A DNA stretch of 64,000 bases from the human T2T-CHM13v2.0 reference genome, Homo sapiens, in NCBI RefSeq assembly GCF_009914755.1, contig NC_060925.1; one strand, 5' to 3'. Below the pieces are notes generated by a model. The model was not told the origin of the DNA, did no database searches, and saw only the letters and a program-made list of their open reading frames with translations. Below are positions 39,701 to 57,600 of the stretch, piece by piece. The stretch's first letter is position 1, and the number at the start of each line of letters is the position of its first letter. Position numbers and translations under genes: made by a program.

Positions 39701-41032
39701 GATCGAGCTTACCCAACCAAGGCACCGTGGTAACTGTTTGCCTGTCAGCTCAATAGCACGAGGAGTCTGAGTAGCCAACAGCAGCCCCACTTTCTAAGGT
39801 AACGGCATCACAACTGTGTTTCCTGGCGGAAGACTTTGAGGAGTAGGACCTCCAAACCTGCTTAGTTCAGCTTCCTCAAAACCAGAGTCCAAAATGAGGT
39901 TTCATGCACCTGTGACTTATTAAGAAAGCACTCCCAGGGGAGACCAGTCAGGGAGAAGGGGAAGGACAGGGAAGGGGAAGAACCCCAGGAAGGGCCCAAG
40001 TTCAGGCAAGCCTCAGCCCGAGCCTGAGCACATGGGAGCGCTGGCATGTATGTGTCCCCTGGGAGTTAGGTGGACATGAGGCGGGGCAGCTGGCTGTCAG
40101 CCTCTGACTCCCTCCATGGTTAAGGGCTGCCCCAGCGGTGAAGTAAATTCCCAGCCACCTCCAGCTGCCTGAGCCAGTGTGCCAGGCAGGCTCTGGGAGT
40201 CCAAGGGATGTTCTCTGAAAAAGAGCCTCACGTGTGGCTGTTAGAAACAAAAATACACCAAAACCAGGAGGCCCAAAAATGGGAAAAAAGAATCCGAGGG
40301 AAATCTGGGCAGAGCTCCAACATTATCTGTTATGTTGCAGAGATGGGAAACAAGAATTCCATAAGTGGGTTATTAAGGTACAAGAATGAGGGGGCTGTGG
40401 TGATGGGTGCATAACTCTGTGAATGTACTAAAACCCATCACATTGGCTACTTAAAAAAGGAAATTTATATGACGTGTGAATTATATCTCAATGAAGTTGT
40501 TATTAAGAAAAGAAGGACTGGGGACACTCCTGGTGGGAGACAGCACCGTGTACTGGTCCCTGGCTAAGGACGCCACCGGCCTCCAGGACAGGGCCCTGCC
40601 TCACAGTGTGCTGCCTCCCCGCTGGCTCCGCAGCAGAAGCTTCAGCAGGCCATTCCACCATCCCTCAGACTAGCTACTAGGTGCAAGCCTGTGGCCATCC
40701 TTCTCTCACTATCCATTGAGTTGCTGGGTTGGAGGCACTGCAGTGTGGCAATGGGTAAGGCATTCCATATGGCCACAGATGGCATTACTGGCAGAAGCAT
40801 CCAGTAGAGAAGGCAAATCTCTGTCCAGATTCCCTGGGGATGAATTTCAGCACCCCTCCTGATGGAGACTGTTCCATGTAATCAACTTGCCATCACCGTG
40901 GTTTCCTGAGGGATGGCCAAGTGGGCAACATTGGTCTATGTGATTGGCAGCCTGGGATCTCAGCAGCAGTAGGCAAATTGGCTTTGGTGAAAAAAGTCCC
41001 TGTTGTTGCGCCTGTGAAAGGCCCCTCTCCCT

Positions 41033-41742
41033 ATGGTTATGCACTGAATACTTATGTCTCCCTCACCAAATTCATGTGTTGAAGGCCTAACTTACAGTGC
41101 CTGTATTTGGAGATGGGGCCAAGATTACTCTAAGAAACTAATTAAGATTAAATGAGGTTATAGGAGCGGGGCCCTGATCCAATAGGATTAGGGTCCTTAA
41201 AAGAAAAGGCAGCTGGGTAGGGTGGCTCATGCCTATAATCCCAGCACTTTGGGAAGCTGAGGAGGGCAGATCACTTGAGCCCAAGAGCTAAAGACCATCC
41301 TGGGCAACATGGCAAGACCCCATCTCTACAAAAAATAAAAAATAAGAAAATTAGCCAGGCATGGTAGCATGGCTGTAGTCCCAGCTACTCAGTAGACTGA
41401 GGTGGGAGGATCTCTTGAGCCTGAGAGGTCAAGGCTGCAGTGAGCCGTGATCACACCATTGCACTCCAGCCTAGGCAACAGAGCAAGACTCTGTCTCAAA
41501 GAAGGACACTGTCTCAAAATAAAAAAGACACCAGAGTGCATTCTCTTTCTCTCTCTCTCTCTCTGTCTCCCTCTCTCTCTCTCTCCCTCCCTCCCTTCCC
41601 CATCCCACCCCCATGTGCACACACCTTGCTCACACCTTGATCTTGGACTTCCCAGCCCTCAGAACTGTGAGGAAAACATTTCTGTTGTGTAAGCCATGCA
41701 GCCTGTAGTATTTTGTTATGGAAGCCCAGGCAGACTAAGACA
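41033..41742 (+). mobile_element. MLT1A/B-type MaLR LTR containing an AluJ (~41211-41528) and a (CT)n tract
   Basis: aaattcatgtgttgaaggcctaa..gtatttggagatgggg ... ccttgatcttggacttcccagcc..gcagactaagaca. Confidence 0.8.
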
Positions 41743-41933
41743 CTGGCTTTGATGGTCACTTAGTTCATGAGCCCTTTGAGCAAGGACAGGACTAGCTGGG
41801 CAAAGGGATTAACTGATACCCACAGGATGGGTCCTCTTGTTTACCTAGTTATTGAGAGCCTCCTCTGCAGTGGTTGTCTCCTGGTGGGCATTTATGTGGG
41901 ACATGAATATCTTCCCATACTGTGCCTTACAAT

Positions 41934-42072
41934 TTTTTTTTAATTTTAAAATTTTTATATATTCTTTATTTTTGTAGAGACAGAGTCTCTACAACATATG
42001 CTATGTTGCCCAGGCTGGTCTTGAACTCCTGGCCTCAGGTGATCCTCCCACCTCGGCCTCCCAAAGTGCTGG
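41934..42072 (-). mobile_element. Alu left-monomer fragment (FLAM-like)
   Basis: ttttgtagagacagagtct..gctatgttgcccaggctggtcttgaactcctggcctcagg..cccaaagtgctgg. Confidence 0.8.
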
Positions 42073-42642
42073 TATGCCTGTTTTGAGAGGTCTAGCTACA
42101 TACCTACCTCCTTATAACCAATTTTCCAATCTCATTTTTTCCCATTCCTTGAGCACCCGTAAATCCCTGCCCATGCATTGATGCAAATCCATACCTCAGC
42201 CTGTCTTTCCTTCCATGAAGTGAGCAATTGAAGGAACCAGTTGAAGTTCTCTGCCCACAGGAGGATCTCCTTTTGCCACTGTCTTTTGGGATAGTCCCTG
42301 AGTGGAGCTGTCATGCAGCCTCCATGCTTCTGGCTAGTGCTGGCATACCATGCACACCCATTTCTAAGCCAAGCTTCCAGAGGTTTCTCTTCTGTTAACT
42401 GGTCAAAGGGGATTTCACAAAAGACATGGCAAAGAAGCAGCAGCAGGTTTTGAAGGAACCTAGGCCAGGTGTTCATATAATTTACTTGTAACTTCTGGAC
42501 CTGTTCCAGCCCAATTTTGTGCATGTGTTTCCATTAAATGCTAAGAATGCTGCATGCTGAGTGCTGCTGCTCATAGAGGGTCTCCTTTCACCAAGGCTGC
42601 TCACACCCAACTCTATGATTTGGAGGAGCAGATGAAACCTAG

Positions 42643-43137
42643 TGTATCAATTTTCTATTGCCATAAATTGGTACAAATGCAGTGGCTTAAAACACCTATT
42701 TACTAGCTCACAGTTTCTGTAGGTCAGAAACTGGGTAGCAGCATAACTGAGTTCTCTGCCCAGGGTCTCACCAGGCTGAAATCAATGTGTTGGCCAAAAC
42801 AGCAATCTCATCTGAGGCTCAAGGTCCTCTTCCAGGTTCATACAGGTTGTTGGCAGAATTCAGTTCCTTACAATTGTAGGAATGAAGTCCTGTTTTCTTG
42901 CTGGCTGCCAGTTGGAACTCACTCTTAACTCCCGCTCTTGTCCTAGCCACGTGGCCTTCTCAACACAGGCAACTTCTTCTTCAAAGCCAGGACAATCTCC
43001 AGTCTGCTATGATAGTTTTATATAATGTAATTGTAGAACTGACTGTCCCATCATATTTAGACACAAGGGGAGGGAAGTCTATGGCCATGTACGCCAGGGG
43101 GCGGGCTCTTGGGGCCATGTTAGAATTCTGACTGCAC
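42643..43137 (-). mobile_element. MLT1-type MaLR LTR
   Basis: ttttctattgcc..agtggcttaaaaca..ctcacagtttctgtaggtcagaa..ggctgaaatcaa ... ggggccatgttagaattctg. Confidence 0.75.
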
Positions 43138-46100
43138 ACCTGGTTTATGACGTGCACTTGTATCATCATACAGCAGGAAACGGATAGTACATTCAAACTA
43201 AGACAATTTAAGGAGACTTAATAAAGGAACTAATAAAAAGATTTGACAGGAAATGGGGAACGAGGGGTAGCGCGGTACCTAGAGAGCGCCCTTACCATTA
43301 AGCCTGGAGGGGTGCGGGGATGGGACAGTTGGTGGACCCTGGGAAGAGAGAGTGCCGTAGAGAAGTCAGCTGTGACTCCCATCAAGGGACAGCCTACAGG
43401 AAGGGCGCTGGGAGCAGAAAGACTCTCTCTCCCCCACCCTCCAGTCTCCTGCTATGGCTCCTCAATGCTGAGCCTAACCAGAAGCCAGAGAGCCCCAAAG
43501 CCCCTTGATGCACTCCCCACAGGTCAGCCTCCTGGGGCACAGAGCAAGGGAGGAGAAGGGAGAGAAATTAGGGGCAGGGGTGGGTGCGCAACAGGAAGAC
43601 ATCTAGCCAGCGGCTCGGGACACAGCTGTTGGGCGTCCCATGGCCATAGAGGTCGGTCTCTACCAGGGCCAGTAGCCAGACTCAGCTGCCTTTCTAATGC
43701 GGAAGAGCAGCTGATGAGTAGAGCATCAGGGCTCCAAGGCAGAGGGCTCTGTGCTGTGACACTGGGGGCACGTCACTCCCACCTGCCACCCAACCTGCCT
43801 AAGACATTCCACGCTCCCTTGGATCTGCTGGGTCACAAGGTCTGTGTGTCAGGGCAGCTCGCACTGTAGCCAGACCTAATGCACAGCCCTTTCTTACTTG
43901 GAGCCCCTCCAAAACTGGCAGCCTCACCAGTTTCCCAGGAAGTAGGTCAGAGCCGCACTCCCAGGTGTGGTGTACGCATCCTCGGAAATCCAGAGGTCCT
44001 GCCAGCACCATGCCTCTTATCTACTGGCAGATGGTACAAGGTATAGCCATGTACCTTTCAGAGGAGAATTCCAAATTCTGTTACCTCCTGCCTGCTGGTC
44101 TCCTACTGGAAGCCAGAGAGTGCAGGAGCCCAGGAGATGCTGTCTGTGGGGGTCAGCCCCCTGCACACGGAGCAGGGTGGAGGCTGCATCTGCTTGTGAC
44201 CTGCAGAGGGAGAGTAACCACCCCCACACGACACGCATCAGGTCAGTCCCCTGCCCCCAACCCACCAATGGCCTCTACTGCTCTTCAAATAACCCCCTGA
44301 CCCTTGGCCTGGGCCTTGAGATTTGGAGCCATCTGGCCCCCACCAGGTTGGTACATGAGAGACACTCATCATTGGTCCAGGACACCTTCACTTGTTTGTT
44401 TGTTTGTTTTTAATAATGTGATAAGCACCCATGAATCCATTGCTCCAGACAAAAATCCAGGCCCGGACAGTATCTGACCTCCAGCCAGCGGACCCCCATT
44501 GACTCTCACCTCTCCGGCCTCAGCAGCCAGAACCCGGAATCCCTTTGCCTCCTGCACTTGCTTTGCTTGTTGGATTTCATTGCATCCATGTGTATGCCTA
44601 GATGGTCTTTTGAACAGCTGTTTTAGGATGTAGTCTTTGGGGCGAGGCTTCCTCACTGAATATGACGTTGCTCACATTCACCCATGGTGTGGTGTTGTGT
44701 GCTGCTGCCTTCTCTGCTACAGGGTACTCTGGGGGCATCCTGGGGTTCTCGTGCTCTTCCTCTGGCATGTGGGCATGCAGGTTACGCTGCGGGGAGCAGG
44801 GCTGCTGTGGATGTCACTGCCCAGGTCCTTGTTGGTCCACCTCTCCCCACACCTGCTACTCCCCTTCCTTTCTCTCACCCCCCGCATGCCAGCCACACTG
44901 GCCTTTCTCCATTCCTTTGAGCTCGTCCCCACCTTGGGCCTTTGCTCCTACCGTTTCCTCTCCCAGGAATGCTCTCCTTGCCTGGCTCGTCCTCATTCTG
45001 GTTCAGCTTGATGGCATCTTCTCAGATGCCTGCCCCAACCCACTGGGCTCTGTAGCCCTCCCCTCCAAACATCTGTCCCCTTGAGGGCAAAGTATTCCTG
45101 GGGGGCTAAGGGAGGGACTCCAGCAGATGTGGCTGGAGCACAGGGTGAGAGGGTGGGGCAAGAGATGCGCTGGAAGCGGTTGGAGAACAGATGCCGGAAG
45201 GGCCTTGAATGTCATGCCAAGCAGGTCCGAACACGCCCCAGGCTTCAAAGTGTGTTAGGATCCAAGCCCCAGAGGAGGCCTCCGGCAGCCAGAGCACTCC
45301 CCTAGGCCCTTGAGGAAGGGCAGCTACTACATGTGCTTCAATATGAGGCAAGAGGTTCTCCCCAAATATGGCCCTCAGAAAAGAGGGGGTTGCTCGTTTT
45401 GAGTCTATATAGTTTCACAGTTTTTAGGGGGCACTTGTTACTTTATTTTGAAAATCAAAGTTGTGGCTGGAGAATGCACGTTAGATTAAAACATCCTCAG
45501 CTGTTATGGATGCTCCTGAGGGCTACCTGCAAAAGTGGTGGAAGGAGGATGTGGAGAACCTTCTTACTAACAGGCACCATCCAGAGCGGTGTGACCCGGG
45601 AAAGGTGACAGTGCCTGAGGCCACTCAGCCAGGCTGCGTTCTTTGAAGCATGGGGGCTACACAGCGCAGGTTCATCCTCCTTGTTTTCAGAAGGGGAAAC
45701 CAAGGCCTGGGGAGGTGAGTGACTTCCCGAGGAGCAGAGCCAGGCCTGGAATGCAGCATCTCTGCCTCCAAGCGCTTCCAGCTTTTTCAGTGTAAATGCA
45801 GGGCAACGCGAAGGGCACAAGGGACACAGACCTTTCTGCTTTCTTGGCCTTGGTGGCATAGATGATGCTGTTGTGGGGAGCATCAGCTTTGCAGCCAGGA
45901 GACCTGAGTTCTAATTCGCAGCTTCTTCCCGACCCAGCTGTGTGACCTCAGGCAAGTTACCTCCCCTTCTCTAAGCTGGCTTCTCTGCGAGTGGAATGAT
46001 AGCAGTGCCCTTTCCTGGGCTGCTGTGAGGCTGCAGCCTCTGCAGAGGTGGGAGGGGGTCAGGCCCGTGAGTGTGGGAGCCAGGGGTGTGAAGGGGACAC

Positions 46101-47872
46101 CAGGGTGGGGTAGGGGAGCTGTGTCCTCTCTCTGAAGTGGCCAATGGGGCAGCTAGGATGTGGCCCTGCTCAAGGGGGCCCAGGTGCAGCAGAGCAGGGG
46201 CAGGAGGGGCCTGGGTGGCCATTCAGCTGCACTCACAGCCCTGTGCCCAGCAGGTCCAATGGTTCTCACCATGGGAACATGTGTTTGCCACCACAGGCCT
46301 TGGATATCCTGTAAAACTCACAATTTGTTCAAAAGAATAAAGAGCATGAAAGGGGCTGCCCGGCCTTCATCCAGGGCTGGCAGTGGTGGGAACGGCCCCG
46401 AGGCTGCTTTCCATTTAAACAAGATTTGGAGGCGTCTGTTCTGTCAGAGCTCTGGGTCGGGAAGCCCTCCCCGGCACAGATCGTGTGCTCGACTCAGGCT
46501 TTGGATGGAGGACATAGGACCTCACTTCCCCATCTGTAAACAAGGGTAACGATGGGGTTATGACATGTGATAAAGGATGAATGTATGCAAAGTGCTTAGG
46601 CCTCAGTGGGAGAGCAGGTGCTGGGAAGGGTTATCGTTATTTCTATAGGAGACAGATGTGTGCAGACTGACCCCCGAGGAGCAGCACTGAGATTCAGGGA
46701 GACTGGGTCTGGGGGACATGGGAGGACCCTGATCTGCTGGAAGAGGCAGGGAAGCTTTCCTTGGTGGAAACAAGGGACAGGGTAGACAGAGGTGGGTCCC
46801 AGCAGAAAAAGTGGCATGTGTAAAGGCTCTCAGGCGGGAACAAGGTTTTCATATTTGAGGAGCTAATAGAAACTCCCCAGGGCTGAGAGGCAGGGGCCAG
46901 GTCGCACGGGATCATGCCTTAGAGGCTACCAGCCTGGGCATCAGTGAATGCTTCCCAAAAAGTGACACACGGGCTTGGTGTCAAGGAGCAAGAAGGCATT
47001 AGTATTGTACAGAAGGGTGTCCCAGGCAGAAGGAACAGCATCTTCGGAGGCCTGGAGTCCAGGGAGCGCAGGCACAGTGTATGGTGAGGCCATGCCGGGC
47101 CTGGGCCGGGCCAGCTCCCATCCCTGTCTGTTGGTCAGGAGGACGCAGTTTCACTTTGTCCCACTCGCCTCTACCTCCGGGAGACTCAGCACACCCAGTG
47201 TATGCAGCCAGCTAACAGGGATGAGATGTGCTGTCTGCTGAGCTGGCTCTGGAGACCCAGGTGCCATTTGGAGCCTGTGAGACCCCTTCTTAGGGGAGTC
47301 TCAGCCAAGAATCAGGACAGCACCCGGATCTCTGGCCTAAGTGGGTGATGTGCTGAGATGGGAAAGTAGGAGAAGGGTTTTGGGGTGCTGAGCAGGAATG
47401 TCTGTGAGAAGCTGCAGAAGGGGTGGGGGGCAGCTTCCTGGGGCTGAGCTCAGGAGGGCACCCTGCACTGGGGATGGAGAGCGGATGCTGTCCGCGCAGA
47501 TGTGGTGTGCAGTCCTAAGGGGCAGGGTGCCTGCGGACAGGGACGGAAGCCTGAAAAGGAGGCAGCCGGGGGATGGAAAGAAAGCCGGGACAGGCGGGAG
47601 AGGCCTGGGTTCCGAGTAGTGGGCTGAGAGTGGCACTAAAGAGAACAAGAAGGGTATTGGAGTGATCGTGAGGTGGTAAGAGACAAGTGAGTGTCAACAC
47701 ATCCTTTACAAATTAGGCTATCACCAGGAGGACAGAAATAGGGAGGAAGAGACGAGGGAAGGGGTCTGTGGGGGCCAGCGGGGATCAGCAGCCTCCAAGG
47801 TTCTTTGGGTTCCAATCTTCCCTGACGACTTGGTTTATTTATGGCCAGGGGCTTGTGGGGAAGGCAAAGGAG

Positions 47873-47891
47873 TGGCCGCGAGGGGGCGCCA
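47873..47891 (+). promoter_or_regulatory. Strong CTCF consensus site
   Basis: TGGCCGCGAGGGGGCGCCA versus consensus TGGCCACCAGGGGGCGCTA; its CpGs are retained. Confidence 0.7.
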
Positions 47892-50082
47892 GGACCTAGC
47901 CCAAGCCCTCCTCCAAGCGGAGACTGGGACGCTCTCGTCTTTACTCAATGTGTTTCCAAGGGGATGTGAGCTGCGATGACAATTTTGAGTTTCCATGAAG
48001 CAGGGTCTCTCCTGTCCTCCATCAGAGACTTGCGGCCAGTCCTGCCAGTGCCCTCTAGGCCCCCATTTCCGTTGGTCCGTGGTGGTGCCCTCCTCACCCA
48101 GGTGGTGTGGAAGTGGAGGGGTGGATGGGAGGCACGGGCTGAGAGAGGGCCCACGGGGCCTATGCCTCCCTGCCCGGCCCCACCCATGCCCCGTGGGGCC
48201 CCGTGAGTGCTCTTGCCTGTAAGGACGCCTCCCAGCTCCGAGGATATTTATTCACCAGCCCGACCTCCACAAGCACGTGGGAAGTCACCAGGACTATGTT
48301 GGTGAGGAAACTGAGGCACAGGCCACTGCATGCTTTCACGCTCACCTGCCTGAAAATCCCCGCTGCAGGGAAGGCTGCACTCTGGGCTCTGGGGCTAGGG
48401 TGGGCTGTTTCTTCTCTATTTGCTGCGAGTACCCAGTCAGAAACCACACGGGACCAGGGTTAGGAGCTGCAGATACACAAACCAGCCCAGTAGAAGGCGG
48501 TCTCCTCACAGAAAGAGCACTGAGTCCAAATGCAGCCCTGGTGCAGGGGCTTCCAATGTTAGATGCTCTGTGGGGAGGCCAGGAATCTGCATTTGGAGTA
48601 CTTGCCCCAAGTGGATCTGAAGGCAGGGTTGGGTGTGAGACAACCCTATGAGAAGCCACTCTATAGATGAAGGTAGCTTGTTAAGGGCACGAGGCTGGAC
48701 TGCTGCTGCCGAGCCCCAAAGTCACATTTATCCCTTTCTTCCTTTGTTTAACAGGCATCAACCCATGGGGGGCCCTTGCTGTGCCCAGGGTGCTCAGAGA
48801 GAATTTACAACCAGTCCAGCCTCCGAGAGACTCGCAGGCTAGAGGGGAGACACTCACCTACAGCAAGCAATGAGTGCAATGTGATCATTGCACCTGGGAA
48901 GCTTGAAGGAAGAGTGCTCCGGACAGAAGGAACAGCACGGACAAAGGCCTGGAAGCAAGAGGCAAGGCTGAAAAGAGCAGGGCCAGGGAGAAGGCTGAGT
49001 GACAGGAGGAGGGCCAGGGCTCAGGTACAGAGGGGCAGAGCCCTCACCAAGGCCTTTGAACCTTAAACTGGGGCTGGGAGAGCCTGGGCGTGTCTCACAC
49101 CGCTCTGCAACTGTCCTTTTACTTGAAAGTCTCCCACCATCCTGAGGACTCCCATGGCTGGTGAACTCTGTGAACCCACTCCTGGCAGGAGCCCTGGCAC
49201 CCCCCGAACACCACACTCTAGTGTCAAGCTGTCCCCACTGGAATGCAGGTTGGGAAGGAGGCAATGGAGTGGGGTGGGTGGGAGCTGAGGTTGCAAAATT
49301 TGGTGGAAATGGGTGGGGATGGAGGCAGTGGGGAAGGGGAGGCGGTGGGGAAGGGGAGGCGGGGAGCTGCTGATTTGTTTTAGAGCAAGAGGCTCTGGGC
49401 TGCTTTCTAAGCTGCAGCATCAAAGGCTGCCTGGAAACATGTACAGAATAAGGTGGAATATTATGGAAATTGTCCTCCCTGCTTTGTGGCCTGGGAATTC
49501 ATGATGATTGAGAAGAATTTCCCCTGGTCTCATATTTATCCCTCTCTTTGAAAGTAAAGCTTTTGGATCAAATAAATAAAAATTATGGTCATACATTTCT
49601 TCTGAACTCAGCTGACTTCACCAGCCATACTGTAAATGGATGGAACTTTTTAAAAGCTGTTCTTCCAGGGTTGGAGGGTCAAGCGGACTTGCCTCTTGAG
49701 AGTCAGCGTGGTAAGGTTCCAGTGTTCATCCTTCCTGCCATCATGCTTCTGGTCACTGGCACCAAGAGTGACCTGGCAGTGGAGGGCTCTGGCACCATCC
49801 TGACGTGGCCACGCCAGGGTCTTGTGCGAGTCCCTTAGACTTGTTGAGCCTCCGTGTCTTCTCTGCCAGGATGGATTAATTATACCTACTGATCATTCAT
49901 GTTTATTTTTCCTAAAGTAATATAAACACATTGTTTCAAAAAATCTAATGGAACTATTGGCCAAGAAAGAAAACCAACAGTCCTCAAATTATCCCCATCT
50001 CAACCAGTTCCAACCCAGTTCCACTTTCCAGAGGCAGCTGCTCAAGTCCTCAAGCTGCTTCTGTCTTCCCTTTCATACCTCA

Positions 50083-50297
<215 letters not shown>

Positions 50298-50852
50298 AAA
50301 ATCGCTGTTTCTCGCTCCTCCGAGAGACATTTCTATGGGCTTCCTGGGCAGGGCAGTGGGAACCTGCCTTTCTCCCGACGCTCCCACACTTCCTCTTCCC
50401 CAGCTCCTGGTAGTCAGAGCACATACGTTTTCACTAAATCGATATTCTGGATTTATGTTGTCATGATTATGTAAATATTTACTAATCCAAGTACTGTAAT
50501 CTGATTAGTTTCTTTTCCTCATGCTTTTACCGTTTTCTGGAATTAATAATTGCCTGTTTTCTCACTGGCCTAGCTGTCTACGTTTCTATTGCTAATTCTT
50601 CCCCAGACCTTCTAATAGCGACGTCCAGCACCTCTCACATCACTCTCATACCCACCAATGCATCCAAGCATCTGGCTCTGCTAGCCCTGGACCAGCCCTC
50701 CACTTCCTACAACCCAGCTGTCCACTTGGACTCTGCTTGCCACTCTCCTGCACTGGGATCCTTGTTTGCAAGAGGTCTTGGCTTATTCCCTCAGTTTAGG
50801 AGAGCTTTCCTCTGATAACTTTTTGAAAAAAAATTTAGAAAATACTTCTTTT

Positions 50853-51151
50853 TGGCAGTGCGCGGTGGCTAATACCCATAATCCCAGTACTTTGGGAGGC
50901 CAGGCGAGTGGATCACTTGAGCTCAGCAATTTGAGACCAGCTTGGGCAGCATGGTGAAACCCTGTCTCTAAAAAAACAAAACAAAACAAAAATTGTGTGG
51001 TGGTGCACGCCTGTAGTCCCAGCTACTGGGGAGGCCAAGGTGGGAGGTTCATGAGCCTGGGAGGTGGAGGCTGCAGTGAGCCGAGATCACACCACTGCAC
51101 TCCAGCCTGGGTGACAGAGTAAGACCCTGTCTCAAAAAAAAAAAAAGAAAA
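50853..51151 (+). mobile_element. AluJ-type element
   Basis: Diverged full-length Alu. Confidence 0.88.
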
Positions 51152-51474
51152 CAATTTTTTTTTGTAGTTTTCGCACGTCTGAAAATTCCTTATTCTATGC
51201 TCACCCTTGATTAATAGTTCAGCTGGGCATAGAATCCTGGATTAAAAATTGCTTTCATTGAAAAATTTTAAGTCTTTTGCTCTACAGTTTTCTATCTCCC
51301 AGTGTTGCTTTGAGAAATGTGATGAGATACTGTTTCATATTTTTGTAAGAGGCTTTCTTTTTTTCCTCCTCCTTCTCCTTTTAGGATCCCTCCTTCATCC
51401 CTGCTCTTCAGAACTTTTCGAATGCCATGTCTTGGCACGGGCCCTTTTAATCTGTAGCACTGGGCACTCAGTGA

Positions 51475-51875
<401 letters not shown>

Positions 51876-53577
51876 GAATTTTTATTGGTCAGATACCAAC
51901 TTCCTGGATTGATATTCAAACCTTCTCATTAATTTTTCCCTATTTTTCATTTATGTGCTTACTCTCTTACCTTCAAACTTTCTATCAGAGCTTTAATTTT
52001 GGTTATCTTTTCTGTTTGTTGGTTTTGGTTTTTTTCTGCTGCCTGCATTATCTCTGTTTCCCCCAGCTTTTGTTTGTTTGTTTGTTCCTGGTGATCCTTG
52101 GTAGATGACTGGTATAAGAGTGAGGCACTAAAAAGCCAATGGGAAGCTCTGTGAGCCTGATTGGACGGGTGAGGCTTGTTGACTATGAGCTTCACTGGGG
52201 TGACCTAGGGGCAAGTCAGCTTCTTGGGGTGGGCTCAAAATGCCCATTTCTAGAGGCCAGTTTTTCCAGAGAAGCATCTCCACCTTCCTGTCCAAATAGC
52301 CACTTGGTGTTTCTGCATCAGAATCCCCTCTGGTCCAGTTTCTGTGAAGGATAAACCATCATCTACTGGTCTTCTGGGAGTGGGATGTGAGTGGCGGAGG
52401 GAGGACTAGCTGCTTGGTTTTCGGGGGGCCCCAGGGAGTCTAATAGCTCCTACACTGACTGTCAACCAACCCAGTCCCCTCTTTTTACTCCACCCTGTCT
52501 CCCACCTTCCTCAGGACTTGGTGCCTCTGAGTCCTGGGTGTTTCTGGGCTCTGTGGGAGACCCTGCCCATGTCTGGCAGTGCCCCTCGGCAGTCTCCAGC
52601 TGCTTCTGCCACCAGCCCAGGCTCCACTTCCTGCTGGCTCCCATCTCCCATCAGCGCCTCTCCTGTTCTGACAGCTCCTTTTATTTCTTTATCATCACCT
52701 TAATGGGGTTTAGAAGGAGATGAGATAAACACTTATGTCCAGTCTGTCTCTGCCATTTCAGTTACACTTTGCTCACATCAGGCAATCTGGGGAAGCCAAA
52801 GAAACATCATCATTATTATAACAGCTAATATTTATCCAGCACATTCTCTATTCCAAGAGCCCCGTTAAGCATGTTACAATGTATTATCTCATGGGATTCT
52901 TACTATCACACTAGGAAGGAAGTTACAGATGTGGAATGGGCTCAGAGATGGGGGTGACTTGTCCAGGGGCACCCTACGAGCCCATCCAGACCTCTCTGCA
53001 GGAGTCAGCCCCCTGGGCAGTCGTGGTACACTGACCTCTCCAGCCTCCCTCTTGCCCTCCCCCAACCCTGCTCCACTGGCCCGAACTACCCTGTGTTCTG
53101 CTCACCAGGGCTCACCCTCTCATTTCCACACTTTTGCATGGGCTGTTCCCCTGGAAAAGGAGCAAAACATGTTGGGAGAGAGCGTGCCTGTGAAACAAAA
53201 ATGAGCCAGGCTCCCGGGCTGTGGCGGAAGCCCCCACTCACCTTCTATCCTCCCTGGCGTCTGTGGGAGCACCTTTCCAAGGTGGCCTCTTCCTTCAGTG
53301 GTTTTGATCTGCAGAAAAGGTTCGCTTCCGCCTGTGCCTGGAATGCACACTCTTCCTGGCCACTCCTGTTTCACTTGAGAAGGGTGGCTTTCCTCTCATT
53401 AGTGCCTCACCTGTTCGTAGTTATGTATCTCTGAGGTGACAACTGGCCAAGCAAGGGACAGGGTTGCATCCTGATGAGAACTGCAGTGCCAGTAGAGAAA
53501 ATGATAGATTAGTCATCTGCTGCCACCACCAAGATAGTCACTTATTTAGACTGCTTGGATTCTATCATCATTAAGAA

Positions 53578-57600
<4,023 letters not shown>

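Larger units (their letters stand above)
38646..43615 (-). mobile_element. Decayed ERVL-class provirus (LTR33-like LTRs and pol remnants) with nested insertions
   Basis: LTR-like blocks at ~38646-39163 and ~43150-43615. Minus-strand RNase H-like remnant PFDQLTEEKPLEAWLRNGCAWYAST (~42340-42415) and integrase-like WQVDYMEQSPS (~40860-40892). Confidence 0.65.

Noticed and set aside
52872-52885. DMRT-binding-like TGTTACAATGTATT (weaker matches at ~22895 and ~57957)
   Set aside because: It lies in a MIR far from any promoter, and short AT-rich motifs are frequent by chance.
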